DNA from: Azolla caroliniana | Taxonomy: Eukaryota > Plantae > Polypodiophyta | Length of the DNA stretch: 64,000 nucleotides | Reading direction: 5' to 3' | Assembly (NCBI GenBank): GCA_043228905.1 | Contig: JBHGNT010000011.1 | Coordinates: 5,518,001 to 5,582,000, forward strand | Translations under genes and position numbers: made by a program | Shown here: positions 36,025-48,424 of the stretch, one piece after another | Layout: each line of letters opens with the position of its first letter | How positions within the stretch are numbered: position 1 is the first letter of the stretch | Notes under the pieces: generated by a model | Databases searched by the model: none | Seen by the model: only the letters and a program-made list of their open reading frames with translations | What the model was told of the DNA's origin: nothing

Positions 36025-39000
36025 TGTTGGGAATTCGGTCCCTCCGGATGGGATCTGAATGAGAACCATACAAGCCGGATCAAATGAGCCGAGGAAGGAA
36101 CCGAACCGGATGGACCTGGAAAATATCTGAAAATTGGGTCGGATGGATCCGGTTGGTATCCGGCCAGACATTAGTATATGGATATGGTCGATGTGACTAT
36201 TTGAGGTCATATTTGTAAACAACCCTAAAGTTATATAAGTAGGGAAATGTTGTTAAGTGGTTGTTGGCTGAGAGTTGTTATCGTTGTACAGAGAGAGATA
36301 GAGAAGGAGAGAGACACATAAAGCTCTTCGGTTGTAACCACCGGTTGGTGAAGATATGGAGCTCGAGGTCGTTGCCTCTGAGTCTCGTATTGTACCCTTC
36401 ACCTCTCATAGTGATAGTTGGAGTCTGTGGGCTCCCATGGTTTTACCCGATTAGGGTTTTCCATGTTAACATCCTACGTAGTCTTGTCTTAACTTTGTAA
36501 GTGCATTCTCTCTTTTGTTTCACCTTTTATTTCTTCCATAGAGTGATTGAGACTCAGTTGTGACCGAGCACTATTCCGCACAATTTGGTATCAGAGCATG
36601 GAAGATCCATTCGACGGCATGTTCAAGCTCACCGGCGCCAACTACCCAATGTGGAAGTCGAAGATGAGGGACATGTTGGTGGTCAAAGATCTCTGGTTTT
36701 CGGTACAGTTTGGAGACAAAAGACAAGATAAAATCGATGTCGCAAACTAGGAGGTGATGCATATGAAGACGATGGCATACATTCGATGCTTCATCGACAT
36801 GAGCCTATTCAACAATTTTAATGAAGAGAGTAAGGCTCATGTGCTCTAGGAAAAAATCAATACCATGCTAGAGAGCAAAGATGTTGTGAATCGGGTCTCA
36901 GTATTCCGGAAGTTAGTGAGACTCTGATACCAAGACGGATCCAATATGGCAGAACACATGAATGCCTTCCAGGGCCTATAAATCAAGCAACCTCATTGGA
37001 AGTACCTCTAGCTGATGAGGTACTCCCGTTGTTGTTGCTCGGTTCCCTCCCGAATAGTTGGGAGACGGTAGTTGTCACTTTGGGCAATGCCGGGCCGGAA
37101 GGAAAACATCTATCCCTAACAAGGGTAAAATCAAGCTTTTTGGACGAAGAAGATCGCCAAAAGGATCGAGAGTCCAGAACCGATCCAAAGGCCTTGGTTA
37201 CGGAAGAAGACCATAATTGGGGAAGAGGTCAGAATCGGAGTCCTCAGAACCACGACAAATCGGGGACGAGGTCGAAGTCAAGGGGGAGGCCCACTTGCTT
37301 TTATTGCGGAACGCCGGGGCACTTCTAGAAGAATTGCCGACACTTCCGAAAAGCCAAAGGGGGAGCCGACATTCCGGAACCAAAGAAGATTTTGGAAAGG
37401 AGAGGAACGTTGGAAATCGTGACAAGTGAAGAAGAGTTGTTGCTTATAACCGAGGAGAGTGAGCTGCATCTTGTCAGTGACGAGACGACATGGGTGGTTG
37501 ACTCGGGAGCGTTCTCCCATCTGACTCCTGACCGGAAATGCTTCTCATCCTATAGAGCCGGAGATCACGGTTGTGTCCGGATGGGAAATGAAGGTGCATG
37601 TTGGATCGTCGGCATGGGAGATGTGTGGTTGATGACGTTAATCGGGTGCAAGTTGCTACTGAAAGATGTCTAACACGTTCCGGAGGTTCGGTTGAACCTG
37701 CTATCAGTCGGTCGGCTGGATGATGAAGGCTACACAGGTAGCATCTTGAACAGAGTCATGAAATTCAGCAAAGGAAGCTTGATCATGGCCCGAGCCCGGA
37801 AGATCAACACGTTATACCTGATGCATGCCCAGATATGCCGTGAAGAAGTGAACGTGGTATCCGACACTGCCGGTGAGTTGTGGCACAAGAGGTTGTGTCA
37901 CATGAGCCAGAAAGGGATGTGCAAATTTGTCGAGGATAACCTCATTCCGGAGGTGAAAGACGTCTAGCTCGAGAAGTGCACCAACTGTTTGGCCGACAAG
38001 CAAAACCGAACCTCTTTCTGAACAAGACCACCGTTGAAACAGAGTGCACCGCTGGAGCTTGTGCATACCGATGTATGCCAAGTGGACACGAAGTCACATG
38101 TTGGGTCGCAGTACTTCGTGACGTTCATCGATGACCACAACCGGAAGCTGTGGGTCTCACCGCTGAAGACGAAGGATCATGTATTGTCCGTTTTCAAGGA
38201 ATTCCATGTGAGAGCGGAAAGAGAATCCAGTCGGAAGCTGAAGGCAGTTCGAGTAGACAACGGAGGAGAACACCGGGGGAAATTCAAGGAGTATTGTCGA
38301 TCGAAGGGAATCCAACTCGAATTCATCGTGTAGAAGACGCCGGAGTTGAACGGACTTGTGATGGAGAGAGTCTAGAGTATGCTAGCACATGCTAAATTGT
38401 CCAAAACGTTTTGGGCTGAGGCACTAATGACGGTGACATACGTGATAAAAAGATCACCCTCGACACCCTTGGACGGAGACACACCACCAAGAGTATGGAC
38501 CGGTAAAGACATGTCTTACCGGCATCTAAAGGTGTTCGGTTGTCTCGCCTACATGCATGTAGCAAAGGACAAGAGAGAGAAATTAGATCCGAAGTTCCGG
38601 CCATGAATATTCCTTGGATATGGCTATGATGAGTTCGGTTATCGAGTATGGGACTTGGTCGACAAGAAAGTTTTCCGGAGTCGAGACATAGTCTTCATGG
38701 AAGGCAAGACCATTGCCGACTGGGAGTCGGAGAAGAAGATAGTGGACTCTGGGTCGACCGACAGAGATCGGGTGGAAGATGCTAGATCACATCCGGTCGG
38801 AAGCCGGATGTCAACCGAAGACCATGATGAACCGGCCAGATTCAGACAGAGAACCGAATCGACCGAAGAAGAATAATCGGACACCAAAACCGGACAAGAC
38901 CCTGAATCAGATTCGGATGAAGAACAGATGCCGGAACCGGTTGTCGAAAACCAAGGACGGAGATACCCTCTAAGAGAGAGAAGGGTCCCTCAGAGATTTC

Positions 39001-40568
39001 CGGATGTAGAGCATGTTTTATTGACCGACAGGGGGGGGGAGCCGGAAAGCTTCGAAGAAGCAAAGAAAGACACCCACAGTCGCAAGTGGTTAAGTGCCAT
39101 GCAGGAAGAGATGGATTCCCTACATGAGAACCACACACATGAATTAACAGAGTTGTCGAAAGGAAAGAGAGCGCTCTGGAAAAAGTGGGTGTACAAGTTA
39201 ATATTGGGAGACATCAGAAATCCACCGAGATACAAAGTCGGCATTGTGGTGAAGGGCTTCCAACAGAAGGAAGGAGTGGATTTCTATGAGATCTTTGCCC
39301 CGGTAGTAAAGATGACATCCATCCAGACTGTATTGAGCATTGCAGCAACCATGAACCTCGAGGTAGAGCAACTCAAGATGACGTTCCTACATGGCAACCT
39401 CGAAGAAGAGATCTACATGCAACAGTTGGAAGGATTCGTCAAGAAAGGAAAGGAGAACCTGGTGTGTCTGTTGAAGAAGAGCTTATACAGACTGACTCAA
39501 GCTCCCCAATAATGGTACCAGAAGTTCAACTCCTTCATGATTGATCAGGGATACCACAAGACACAGGCCGAACATTGCGTATTCGTGAAGAAATTTGACG
39601 GAGGCGACTTCCGTATACTCCTGTTGTATGTGGATGACATGTTGATCGTCAAACCGGACCAGATCAAAATCGAAAATCTGAAGAAGGCCTTGAACCGGAC
39701 CTTCTCAATGAAAGATTTGGGTCTGGAGAGGCATATATTGGGGATGCACATAGTCTCAAACCGGTCAAAGAAACAGTTGTGGTTGTCACAGGAGAAGTAT
39801 GTAACAAAGGTGCTTAACAGGTTCAACATGTCGGATGCTAAGCCGGTCGGGTCGACACTTCTAGCAAACTGCAAGCTGTCCGGGAAGTAGAGCCCGAAGG
39901 CAGAAGCAGAGAAGTCAAACATGATGAAGATACCATATGCCTCTGTCATTGGAATCTTGATGTACGCAATGGTGTGTACCCGGCCAGATATCAGATATGT
40001 AGTCGAAGTGGTCAGTTGGTTCATGAGAAATTCGGGAAGAGAACGCTGGACCGCGGTCCAGTGGATACTCTGATACTTGAAAGGCACCTTGAGTATGTGC
40101 CTCCAGTTCGGCACCGACAAACCCCTATTGGAAGGCTTCACCGATTCGGACATGTCGGCTGATGCAAATACCAGCCGATCTACATCCGGATATGTCATGA
40201 CATACGCCGGGGGGGCATATCGTGGTAGTCGAGGCTGGAGAAGTCTGTTGCACTGTCGACAACGGAAGCGGAGTACATGGCAGTCGTGGAAGCCAGCAAA
40301 GAGGTAATCTGGATGAAGGACTTCATAGGAGAGCTAGGGATCCAACATGAGGATTTCTTGTACTACTACGACAGTCAAAGTGCCATCCACCTTGCGAAGA
40401 ACGTGGCGTACCATTTCCGGACCAAGCACATCTAGAGGAGATACCACTGGCTCCGGGAGAAAGTAGAAGATAAAGAGTTTTCACTGATAAAGATCCACAT
40501 GGAGGAGCATGGGTCGGACATACTGACCAAGTTGTTGTCAGCAAAGAAGTTAGACATGTGCCAGAAAC
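36025..40568 (+). mobile_element. Tork/Tnt1-like Ty1/copia element (Copia-4), 3' end lost
   Basis: 5' LTR 36025-36582, PBS TGGTATCAGAGC 36586-97 immediately followed by ATG 36598. Motifs: CFYCGTPGH, WVVDSGA, LWHKRLCH, LELVHTDV, LLYVDDML, GFTDSDM. Interrupted near the pol end by a chromovirus LTR. Confidence 0.93.
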
Positions 40569-40590
40569 TGTCATGAACACATGACCATTA

Positions 40591-40656
40591 TGGCGTCACC
40601 CGGACTTGAACCTCGATCCTTGTAATCCATAATTGAAAACCACAACCATTAAGATA
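40591..40656 (-). other. tRNA-like Pol III A-box/B-box cassette, antisense in LTR U3 terminus
   Basis: Minus strand: A box TATCTTAATGG (40656-40646), B box GGTTCAAGTCC (40612-40602), then GGGTGACGCCA. Confidence 0.55.
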
Positions 40657-40725
40657 GTTTATTGTCATATGAGAGGATAAAAGCTACTTTTTGTATTACA
40701 TTGATTATTGTAAAAACTCTAGATC

Positions 40726-40775
40726 ATTCTAGAATGTTCTAGAATTTCCTAGAACATTCTAGAACATTATAGAAA
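40726..40775. promoter_or_regulatory. Extended heat-shock element (10 phased pentamers, 8 perfect) upstream of TATA 40800
   Basis: aTTCtaGAAtgTTCtaGAAtttcctaGAAcaTTCtaGAAcattataGAAa in exact 5-bp phase. Confidence 0.75.
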
Positions 40776-43700
40776 TCTCTAAGCTATTCTATAGGAACCT
40801 ATAAATAAGGGCATACATGTATTCTCAAATCAATTCGAATCAACACCAATCTTTATTTGTCATTACATATCTTGTATCCATTCTCTTTCTTTCTATATCT
40901 TAATACGCCCATTCTTCTCTTAGCATTTCGTTCCTTTCTTCTCGTGTTCTCTTATATCCTTCTTCCATCACTCTATCTTTTATTCTTGGTTGTGACAGTT
41001 TGATTCGAATTCTCTCTCTCTCTCTCTCATCCTCCTCTATAACCATCATGAAACCATGGTCACCATTAACTCAAAAGAATATCTCACCCTTGTTGCAGAA
41101 ATGGAGAATCTTAAATCCAAGTTAGCATCTCTTGAAGTAGAGAATCAACGTCTACTAGGGGATCTACAAAAGGTTACTATAGAGAAGCAACAACAAGAAG
41201 AGAAGTTCACGCGACGGGTTCAACAGTTAGAGTCGACAATTGTAATGTTACAACAACAAAGGGTCGAAGGTCAAGGACTTATCAAGGAGCCCAAAATTAG
41301 CCTCCCAGCTAAATTTGATTGTTCGAGGGCTCATTTCCGAGGTTTCTTGAATCAAGTACGGTTGGTGATTCAAATGCATCCCACGCGTTATCTGACAGAT
41401 GCATCACGAGTCGGGTTAGTGGGCACCTTATTGATTGGCATAGCGTTTTCGTGGTTTGCTCCATTGCTAGAGACAAATTCTCCTCTATTGAATAATTTCG
41501 AGGAATTTACCAAAGAATTTAAGGCTTGTTTCGGAGATACTGATGGGGCAAGAACAGCTATCAACAAGATTTGTACACTACGTCAAGGTGATCAACCAGC
41601 TTCGACATATGCAACCAATTTCCGTCTCATCGCAAGCGATATTCCTTGGGATGAACAAGCCCTAATGGAGCAATTCCGTTCAAGCCTTCGAAGTGATGTC
41701 AAAGACTTACTTCTTACCTTCCCCGAGGATCCAATGTCACTTACAGAAGCTATTAGTCGAGCAATACGGTGTGATAATCGCCTTTTTGAGTGTCGATGTG
41801 AGTGACTACAACAAATAACAAGATCAAGATTCACACCAACTTATGCATCAGTAATGGCCCAATCATCCCCTATTCAAACATATAGCCCTGCTCCAACTCC
41901 ACGCCAAACACGTAGTCCAGTCCCAATGGATAGTCCTACACCCATGGAGATCGATATGAATCAATGACAAGGACCGTTGTCGGACGAAGAGAAGCAACAA
42001 CGCCGAGCAAACCTTCTATGCTTATATTCCAGAGGTCCAGGACATATAGCCATTCATTGCTCCAGTAGGCCGAGACGTGGTAAATCAAATTCACTATGAC
42101 AATAAAAATGAGTACAACATTTTAGAAGCAGTTAGTGAATCTAATATTATGAATAATCCACCCTTGTCCAATAAGTTTGATGTCCTAAGCCAATTAGAAG
42201 AGGAGTCAAACGAATAAATCCGGCCAAAATAGGAGCCATTTGGTTGGACAACCCTAGATATGTACAACCTAGTGTGGGTTCCATTTCTTCCAAGCATGTG
42301 AGTAGAGTCTTCTCAGCCCAAGTACAAGTTAGGACACCGATTTTTCAACTTCAAGTCCAAGCCCTCTTAGATACTGGAGCCAATTCTTGTTTCATGGATA
42401 GAGAATTTGCCCAAAAACACCAAATATCCTTGCATACACTTCCTTGTCCAGTTTCGGTAGTAGTGATTTATGGATGTCCCATAGCTTCCGAGAAGATACT
42501 CGAAGAGTCTGAGCCAATACACATACTCTTAGGTGATTTAGGATGTGTAGTTTCCTTTAACATAATCCGTAGTCCTAAGCATCCAATTGCCCTTGGTTTG
42601 CCATGGTTCGAGCTACATAACCCTAGAATCAATAGGAGGAAGCGAGAAATTTGGTGCCCTTTAGTAGAAAATATCATTGCCAAGGATCGAACTCAGGATT
42701 ATTCTCTTGAAGAATATAGTTCTACCAATGCATCGTTTCCTTTTCATCAAACTTCATCTATCACATTGCAACAATTGCACCAAGTGGGAGGCAAGGAGAA
42801 CCTTTTCTTATTTGCAGTATTAGTGACACCTTCTAGTGCCACTCAAGGGAATTCAGACATCCAAATTCCCAAAAAATATCAAGACTATGTTGATGTTTTC
42901 GACAAAGTCAAAGCTAGTGTTCTTCCAAAGCATCGGTCGTACGACTGTCCTATTGATCTCCAACCAGGAAAAGAGTCACCGTGGGGTCCGATTTACAATT
43001 TATCTTCCACTCAGCTTGAGGTTCTTCGAGAATACATCAAGGAAAATCTTGCACATGGGTTTATTCGACATTCAAAGTCTCCAGTTGGTGCTCCTATCTT
43101 TTTTGTGAAGAAAAAGGACAGCTCCCTTCGTTTGGTCGTGGACTATCGAGGCTTAAATAAAGTCACCATAAGGAATATGTATGCTCTACCTTTAATCTCC
43201 AATTTCTTAGAAGGCATTGGTGGGGCAAAGAATTTTACCAAAATTGATCTAAGGGGTGCATATAATCTTGTTCAAATTTGATCGAGAGATGAGTGGAAAA
43301 CTGCATTTCGTACTCCGAATGGTCATTTCGAGTATATAGTCATGCCTTTCGGGCTCACAAATGCACCCACAATATTTCAACATATGGCAAATGACATTTT
43401 CCAAGATTTCTTGGATATCTTTCTCATCATCTACCTAGTTGATATGTTGATTTACTCTAAAACACAGGAGGAGCATGATATACATGTGCGGAAAGTACTT
43501 GAATGCCTAAGAAAGTATGGTCTTTATGCCAAACTTGAGAAATGCAGTTTTGATTGCAAACAAGTCGAATTTTTGGGATACACTATTTCATCCAAGGGTA
43601 TTTTCATGGATCCGACAAAAGTCCAAACAATATTGGAATGGAAACCCCCATGCTCAGTTCGGGACGTCTAGTGTTTCCTTGGATTTGCGAACTTCTATCG

Positions 43701-45050
43701 CAAATTCATACGTAATTATTCAAGCACTGTGTTGCCCCTCACCCAACTCACCAAGAAAAATCAAGCATTATTTTGGAGTATCGAAGTGGACAAGGTTTTT
43801 ACTTAGCTGAAACAAGCATTCACATCAGCACCTATCCTAGGGAATATTGATCCCGAAAAGCCATTTACTATTGAGGCGGATGTGTCAGACTTCGCATTGG
43901 GGAGTATCCTATCGCAACCAGGCAAGGACGGGCAAACAAGACGACAAGCTCGAGTATTAAATAGACGACAAGCTCGGTGGACCCAATTTCTAACGCGTTT
44001 CGATTTCAATATCATTTTTCGCCCCGGAAAACAACAAGGGAAACCAAATGCTTTGTCTCGGCTTTGTCTCGGCGTTCGTATCTAGATCTTTGACCTAGAG
44101 ATCCAACCTTTGACAATCAAAAGTATATTCTCCTCGGGCCATCAAAGCTACAGGCAACAACAATTTATGCCACGCCACTTGATTCTAGCCTTCTTGACAC
44201 TATTCGGCCACAACTTCACTCTGATGATTTCACTAAGGATGTCTTAGCCCACATTGGTTCAAGTCGTCCATCTTGCTCCACATTGCAAGGGTCATCTCAA
44301 CATAATCAGGACTTCAAGTGGCAAGATGGCTTACTCTTCTACAAGAATCTCCTTTACGTCCCTGATGGATCACCCCGACTTCAAGTGTTAGAACATTGTC
44401 ATGATGCCCCCATGGCTGGACATTTTGGTATTGCCAAGACCATTGAGTTTGTGAAACATTCATTTTGGTGGCCCCACTTGCAAAAATTTGTCAAAGATTA
44501 CTTTCGCACATGTGACACCTGTTGTCGCGCCAAAATACCCAGCCTGCATCATCCTTATGGCTTACTACAACCTCCCAGCAAGCCACGGCCGTCTATTTCT
44601 ATGGATTTCATTACAGATCTGCCACCTTCCAAAGGCTTTGATAGTATTTTAACATTAGTGGATCGGCTCACAAAGATGACACATTTTGTATCGTGTGTAA
44701 AGACCATTAGTAGTGAAGAAACTGCAGATCTCATTATGCGTTAGGTGTTTCGCCATCATGGTCTCCCAAATGATATTATTAACGATCGAGGTCCTCAATT
44801 TATCTCACACTTTTGGAAGCACCTATGGGCAGGCCTCAAAATCTCCTGCAAACTCTCTTCGGCTTATCATCCACAAACTGACGGACAAACAGAGTGCACA
44901 AATCAAACGCTCGAGCAGTATCTTCGATGCTTCATGAGTTATCAACAAGATGATTGGAGTAATATTTTACATCTTGCCAAGTTTCAATACAACAACATGG
45001 TACACTCTTCTACCAAAGAGTTTGCATACAACAACATGGTACACTCAACT

Positions 45051-45790
45051 AGAAGCTCTGAGGCAACAACGTCAAGATTCTACTTCGTCAACAGACGGCT
45101 ACACAGTTACACACTCTCTCACTCTCACTCACTTACTGTTACACAGTTTCACAACGACCTTCTGAGTAACTTTAAACAATAGCTCCTCACAATCATCATG
45201 ATTGCCCTAAGTACTTATACTAGTACACCTTTTGGGTTATTTACAAGTGTAGCCCATAAGGGCATATTTAGACTATTTACAAGTATAGTCTTCCGAGTTG
45301 GTTGTCTACACGATTTCGGTTTCTCATCAACTCGGCTCTTCTCTTCCCATCCGAAGGGACCCGTTTCCTAACAAACTCCCCCTTCACTCCAGCATGGGGT
45401 ATTGCACCAATCCGATCTTCCGTCGGCAAGCGCACAGCTTTTCAGTTGGTAACACTTTAATCAACATATCTGATCCATTTTCGGCCATGTGAACCTTCAC
45501 TAGAGGGAACTCCCTTTCTCCTACCCTCTCCCGGAGCCAATGATACCTCCGTTGGATGTGCTTTTTCCTCGAGTGGTAGGCGGCATTTTTTGCAAGGTGG
45601 ATGGCACTCTGATTATCACAATAGAGTCGGAATTCTTCCTGCCGAATTCCCAGCTCACTGATAAACTCCTCCATCCATACAATTTTCCTTGCCGGCTTCC
45701 GTTGCGGCCATGTACTCGGCTTCCGTGGTCGACAACGCCACGGCCTTCTGCAACCTCGATTGCCACGAGACAGCTCCCCCCGGAAGCCGA
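45051..45790 (-). mobile_element. Fragment of a second Tork/Tnt1-like copia: RNase H end, PPT and partial 3' LTR
   Basis: ORF 45384-45674 YCDNQSAIHLAKNAAYHSRKKHI, PPT AAGGGGGAG at ~45376-84, LTR begins at 45373 (minus). Confidence 0.85.
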
Positions 45791-46914
45791 TTCATTCAAA
45801 TCGAAGTATTTTGAAGACCTTTCGTTGCACAGAATCACTCTTGATTCTTTACACCTTCAAACCCTAATGGTGCACCTCAAGCTACAAAAATGAGGGACCC
45901 AAAATAAGCCCTCCTCCCCCCTTTTAATAGAAGAAGCGGAGCCTATGTTCGGAATTTTCCAAAATTATTCCCTCTCTTTCTTCAAAATAAAGGGGAATAA
46001 AAGACTCTTGATTCACGCTAGGTCCTAGCCAATAGGTCATTAATACTTCTTTGTTTTTTATTTCTTTTCATATTTACACGACCTTGTGAAATGTGCGCCC
46101 AACGTCTTTTTCTTACTTTTTCTCACAGTTGACACGCCACATCACGACAACGATATGGGGGTTTAGGGTTCGTAGCACATCACAAATCAGAATTTTAATT
46201 TTAGATGATGAAAAAGCATTACCTCCATAAGCTTTCCCAGGTCAAACTCTCAATCCGATTGGGCCTCTTCTTGGTGAGATCAATGCAAAACATTCTCAAG
46301 GTATTGTCGTCTCAGTAGCCTTCACGTCAACATGAGCTTCAATACCTAAGAGATTGCCACTTGCTAACAAGGGATCGAAGCTTGTCTGTAGAGAAATCCA
46401 TACCCCTAGAACAAGAAAACGCAACTAGAGTTCACTACAAGCGAGATCAAACTAAACAATATGCAAAGAGAAAGAGAAATCATACACAGCTTTGCAGAAC
46501 ATGCTCCCCCACTCACCCACAATGGGATTCAAAGCCTGCACCTTATCATTCCCACCATTATGTACAGATTGTGCTAGTTGAGCTATCTTTATCAGTTGGT
46601 TCCATTATGTACAGATTTTGCTCATTCAGGTGGTTTCATTTTGCTAGTTGAGCTATCAACTTTTCCTTAAACGGTTTGGTTTCGGTTAGGTTAGGTTTTT
46701 TTGCCTTGAAACTGAACCGAACTGAAACCGAACCGTGCCTATTGCTAGTTCCATACACCCCATTAACTATCTCTATATCAGTCAGAGCTACGATCAAACA
46801 GATTCAGGTGATAACAATTGAAATGGATGGATATTGTGATCCATAACCCTATACTGTTTTAGAAAAACATAACGTCAAAATCTATTACTAAGTAAATTAA
46901 TTGTTTTTCTAATT

Positions 46915-47460
46915 CAATTGAACTTCCATATACCTATTTTCTTACAGCCTTGGCGTGTCCACCAGTGCTATACAATCATTTTGAACCTGTAATAAAAATG
47001 CCTTGTATACCTTTTTGTTGGGATATGCTATTTCAGAGGGGTTTCCATTCTAGACTATCCGTTACCCAATCCTCCTCCAAGCTATCATTGTCATTTTGAC
47101 CATTGTTGAATAGAAGATGAAATTGCTCCATTTCCATCTAATAACTTTGTAAATGATACTATTCTTGAAAGACTTAATTCAACCATTGTTTGCTTTTGAT
47201 TTACCTGACTATTATGTACAACTATGAGTTGATGCGTATTCACACCTTATAATGTTGACCTGAACCTAACATTGTAGATTAAATAGCAGAGATATAATTG
47301 TTGTAACTTTAGCGGTTGGGTAATCCCACATACTCCCATATGTTATCTTGGTCAATCACACCATTTCAAAGGTTGTGAGATTCCCTGTAGCTTCTATCCT
47401 ATTAATCCTTGCACCATCATATTAATCATTCTCTTTAATGGTCTTATTCAACTCAGTTTT
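46915..47460. repeat. Second copy of the dispersed degenerate repeat at 5590-6250
   Basis: Colinear shared blocks in the same orientation. Confidence 0.65.
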
Positions 47461-48424
47461 TCTTATAAACTGTGAACAATGCCAAGTTCTTGGCTTGGAC
47501 CAAGAATGCAAACAGTCGTCACATGTTGATGTATGAGGAGTGCATGAGGGAGGGATATAAGTGCCGACATCAGGATCATCATCAACACCACGGGAGGTGG
47601 TTAAAGCCCTTTTTTCATTTTAAATAATCTCTATGAAGCACTGCATATGGCATATATTCAACATATGCATCGGCTAAAAACATGACACTGAAACTTTTCA
47701 ATGAGAGTTGGAACAATTTCCTTCATTGAGGCATTTATTGGTTTACATTGGGTACCACCCTAAATCCTAGTGAAATTTCTATACCGCTATCTTTTATAAT
47801 GCTTGCTTTTCGTGTCGACACCCATGCCTTCAGTTGACATAAATCTAAAAATATGGGAATCTCTAGCTGTGTTTTGTGACAAGGGAAAATAATTCTACAA
47901 CTATGTAAATATTTAGCTAATCTACATTATGAAACCCCTTGTAAGTGTACTAAAAGCAACCCAGGCTTTGAGTATGGCAATGAAATCAATTATTTCACTA
48001 AAATGACGAAAATTTCTTCATCACCAAATTTTATTTCCCTATTGCAAATACTTCAGCAATCTACTTTCTATCTAAAACTAGTCAGAGCTGAGACGAAAAG
48101 AAAACATTGTGACGACGCAAACTGCAAGAGGAAGTGATGAAAACTCTCTTGAGATATACTGTAAGTAAAACAATGTAACAATCAATTCAGTGTGTGCCAA
48201 CCCAAGTGGCTTAAGCTAGAATTGGTGTCTGGATTTCAATAGTCTTGCATGGTGAGTAGTCTGAGTAGTCTGCTAGATATAATTTTGCCAACACCAAAAA
48301 CCCATACAACATGCTCTCTGGCCACACTCTATTTTTGCTGCCAATGATTTTTTCACATATTGGGCCAATGGATATTCTCATCCAGGCACACCAAGTCTAA
48401 ACCTGGCCTTACTGTGAAGAGGTT

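Larger units (their letters stand above)
40569..45050 (+). mobile_element. Tcn1/Tf1-sushi-like chromovirus (gypsy), 3'-truncated
   Basis: LTR 40569-40997, gag 41056, PR LLDTGANSCF, RT (LRLVVDYRGLN, MPFGLTNAP, YLVD), [12 protein letters not shown] with internal deletion, INT HCHDAPMAGH...CDTC and [12 protein letters not shown]. Confidence 0.93.
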
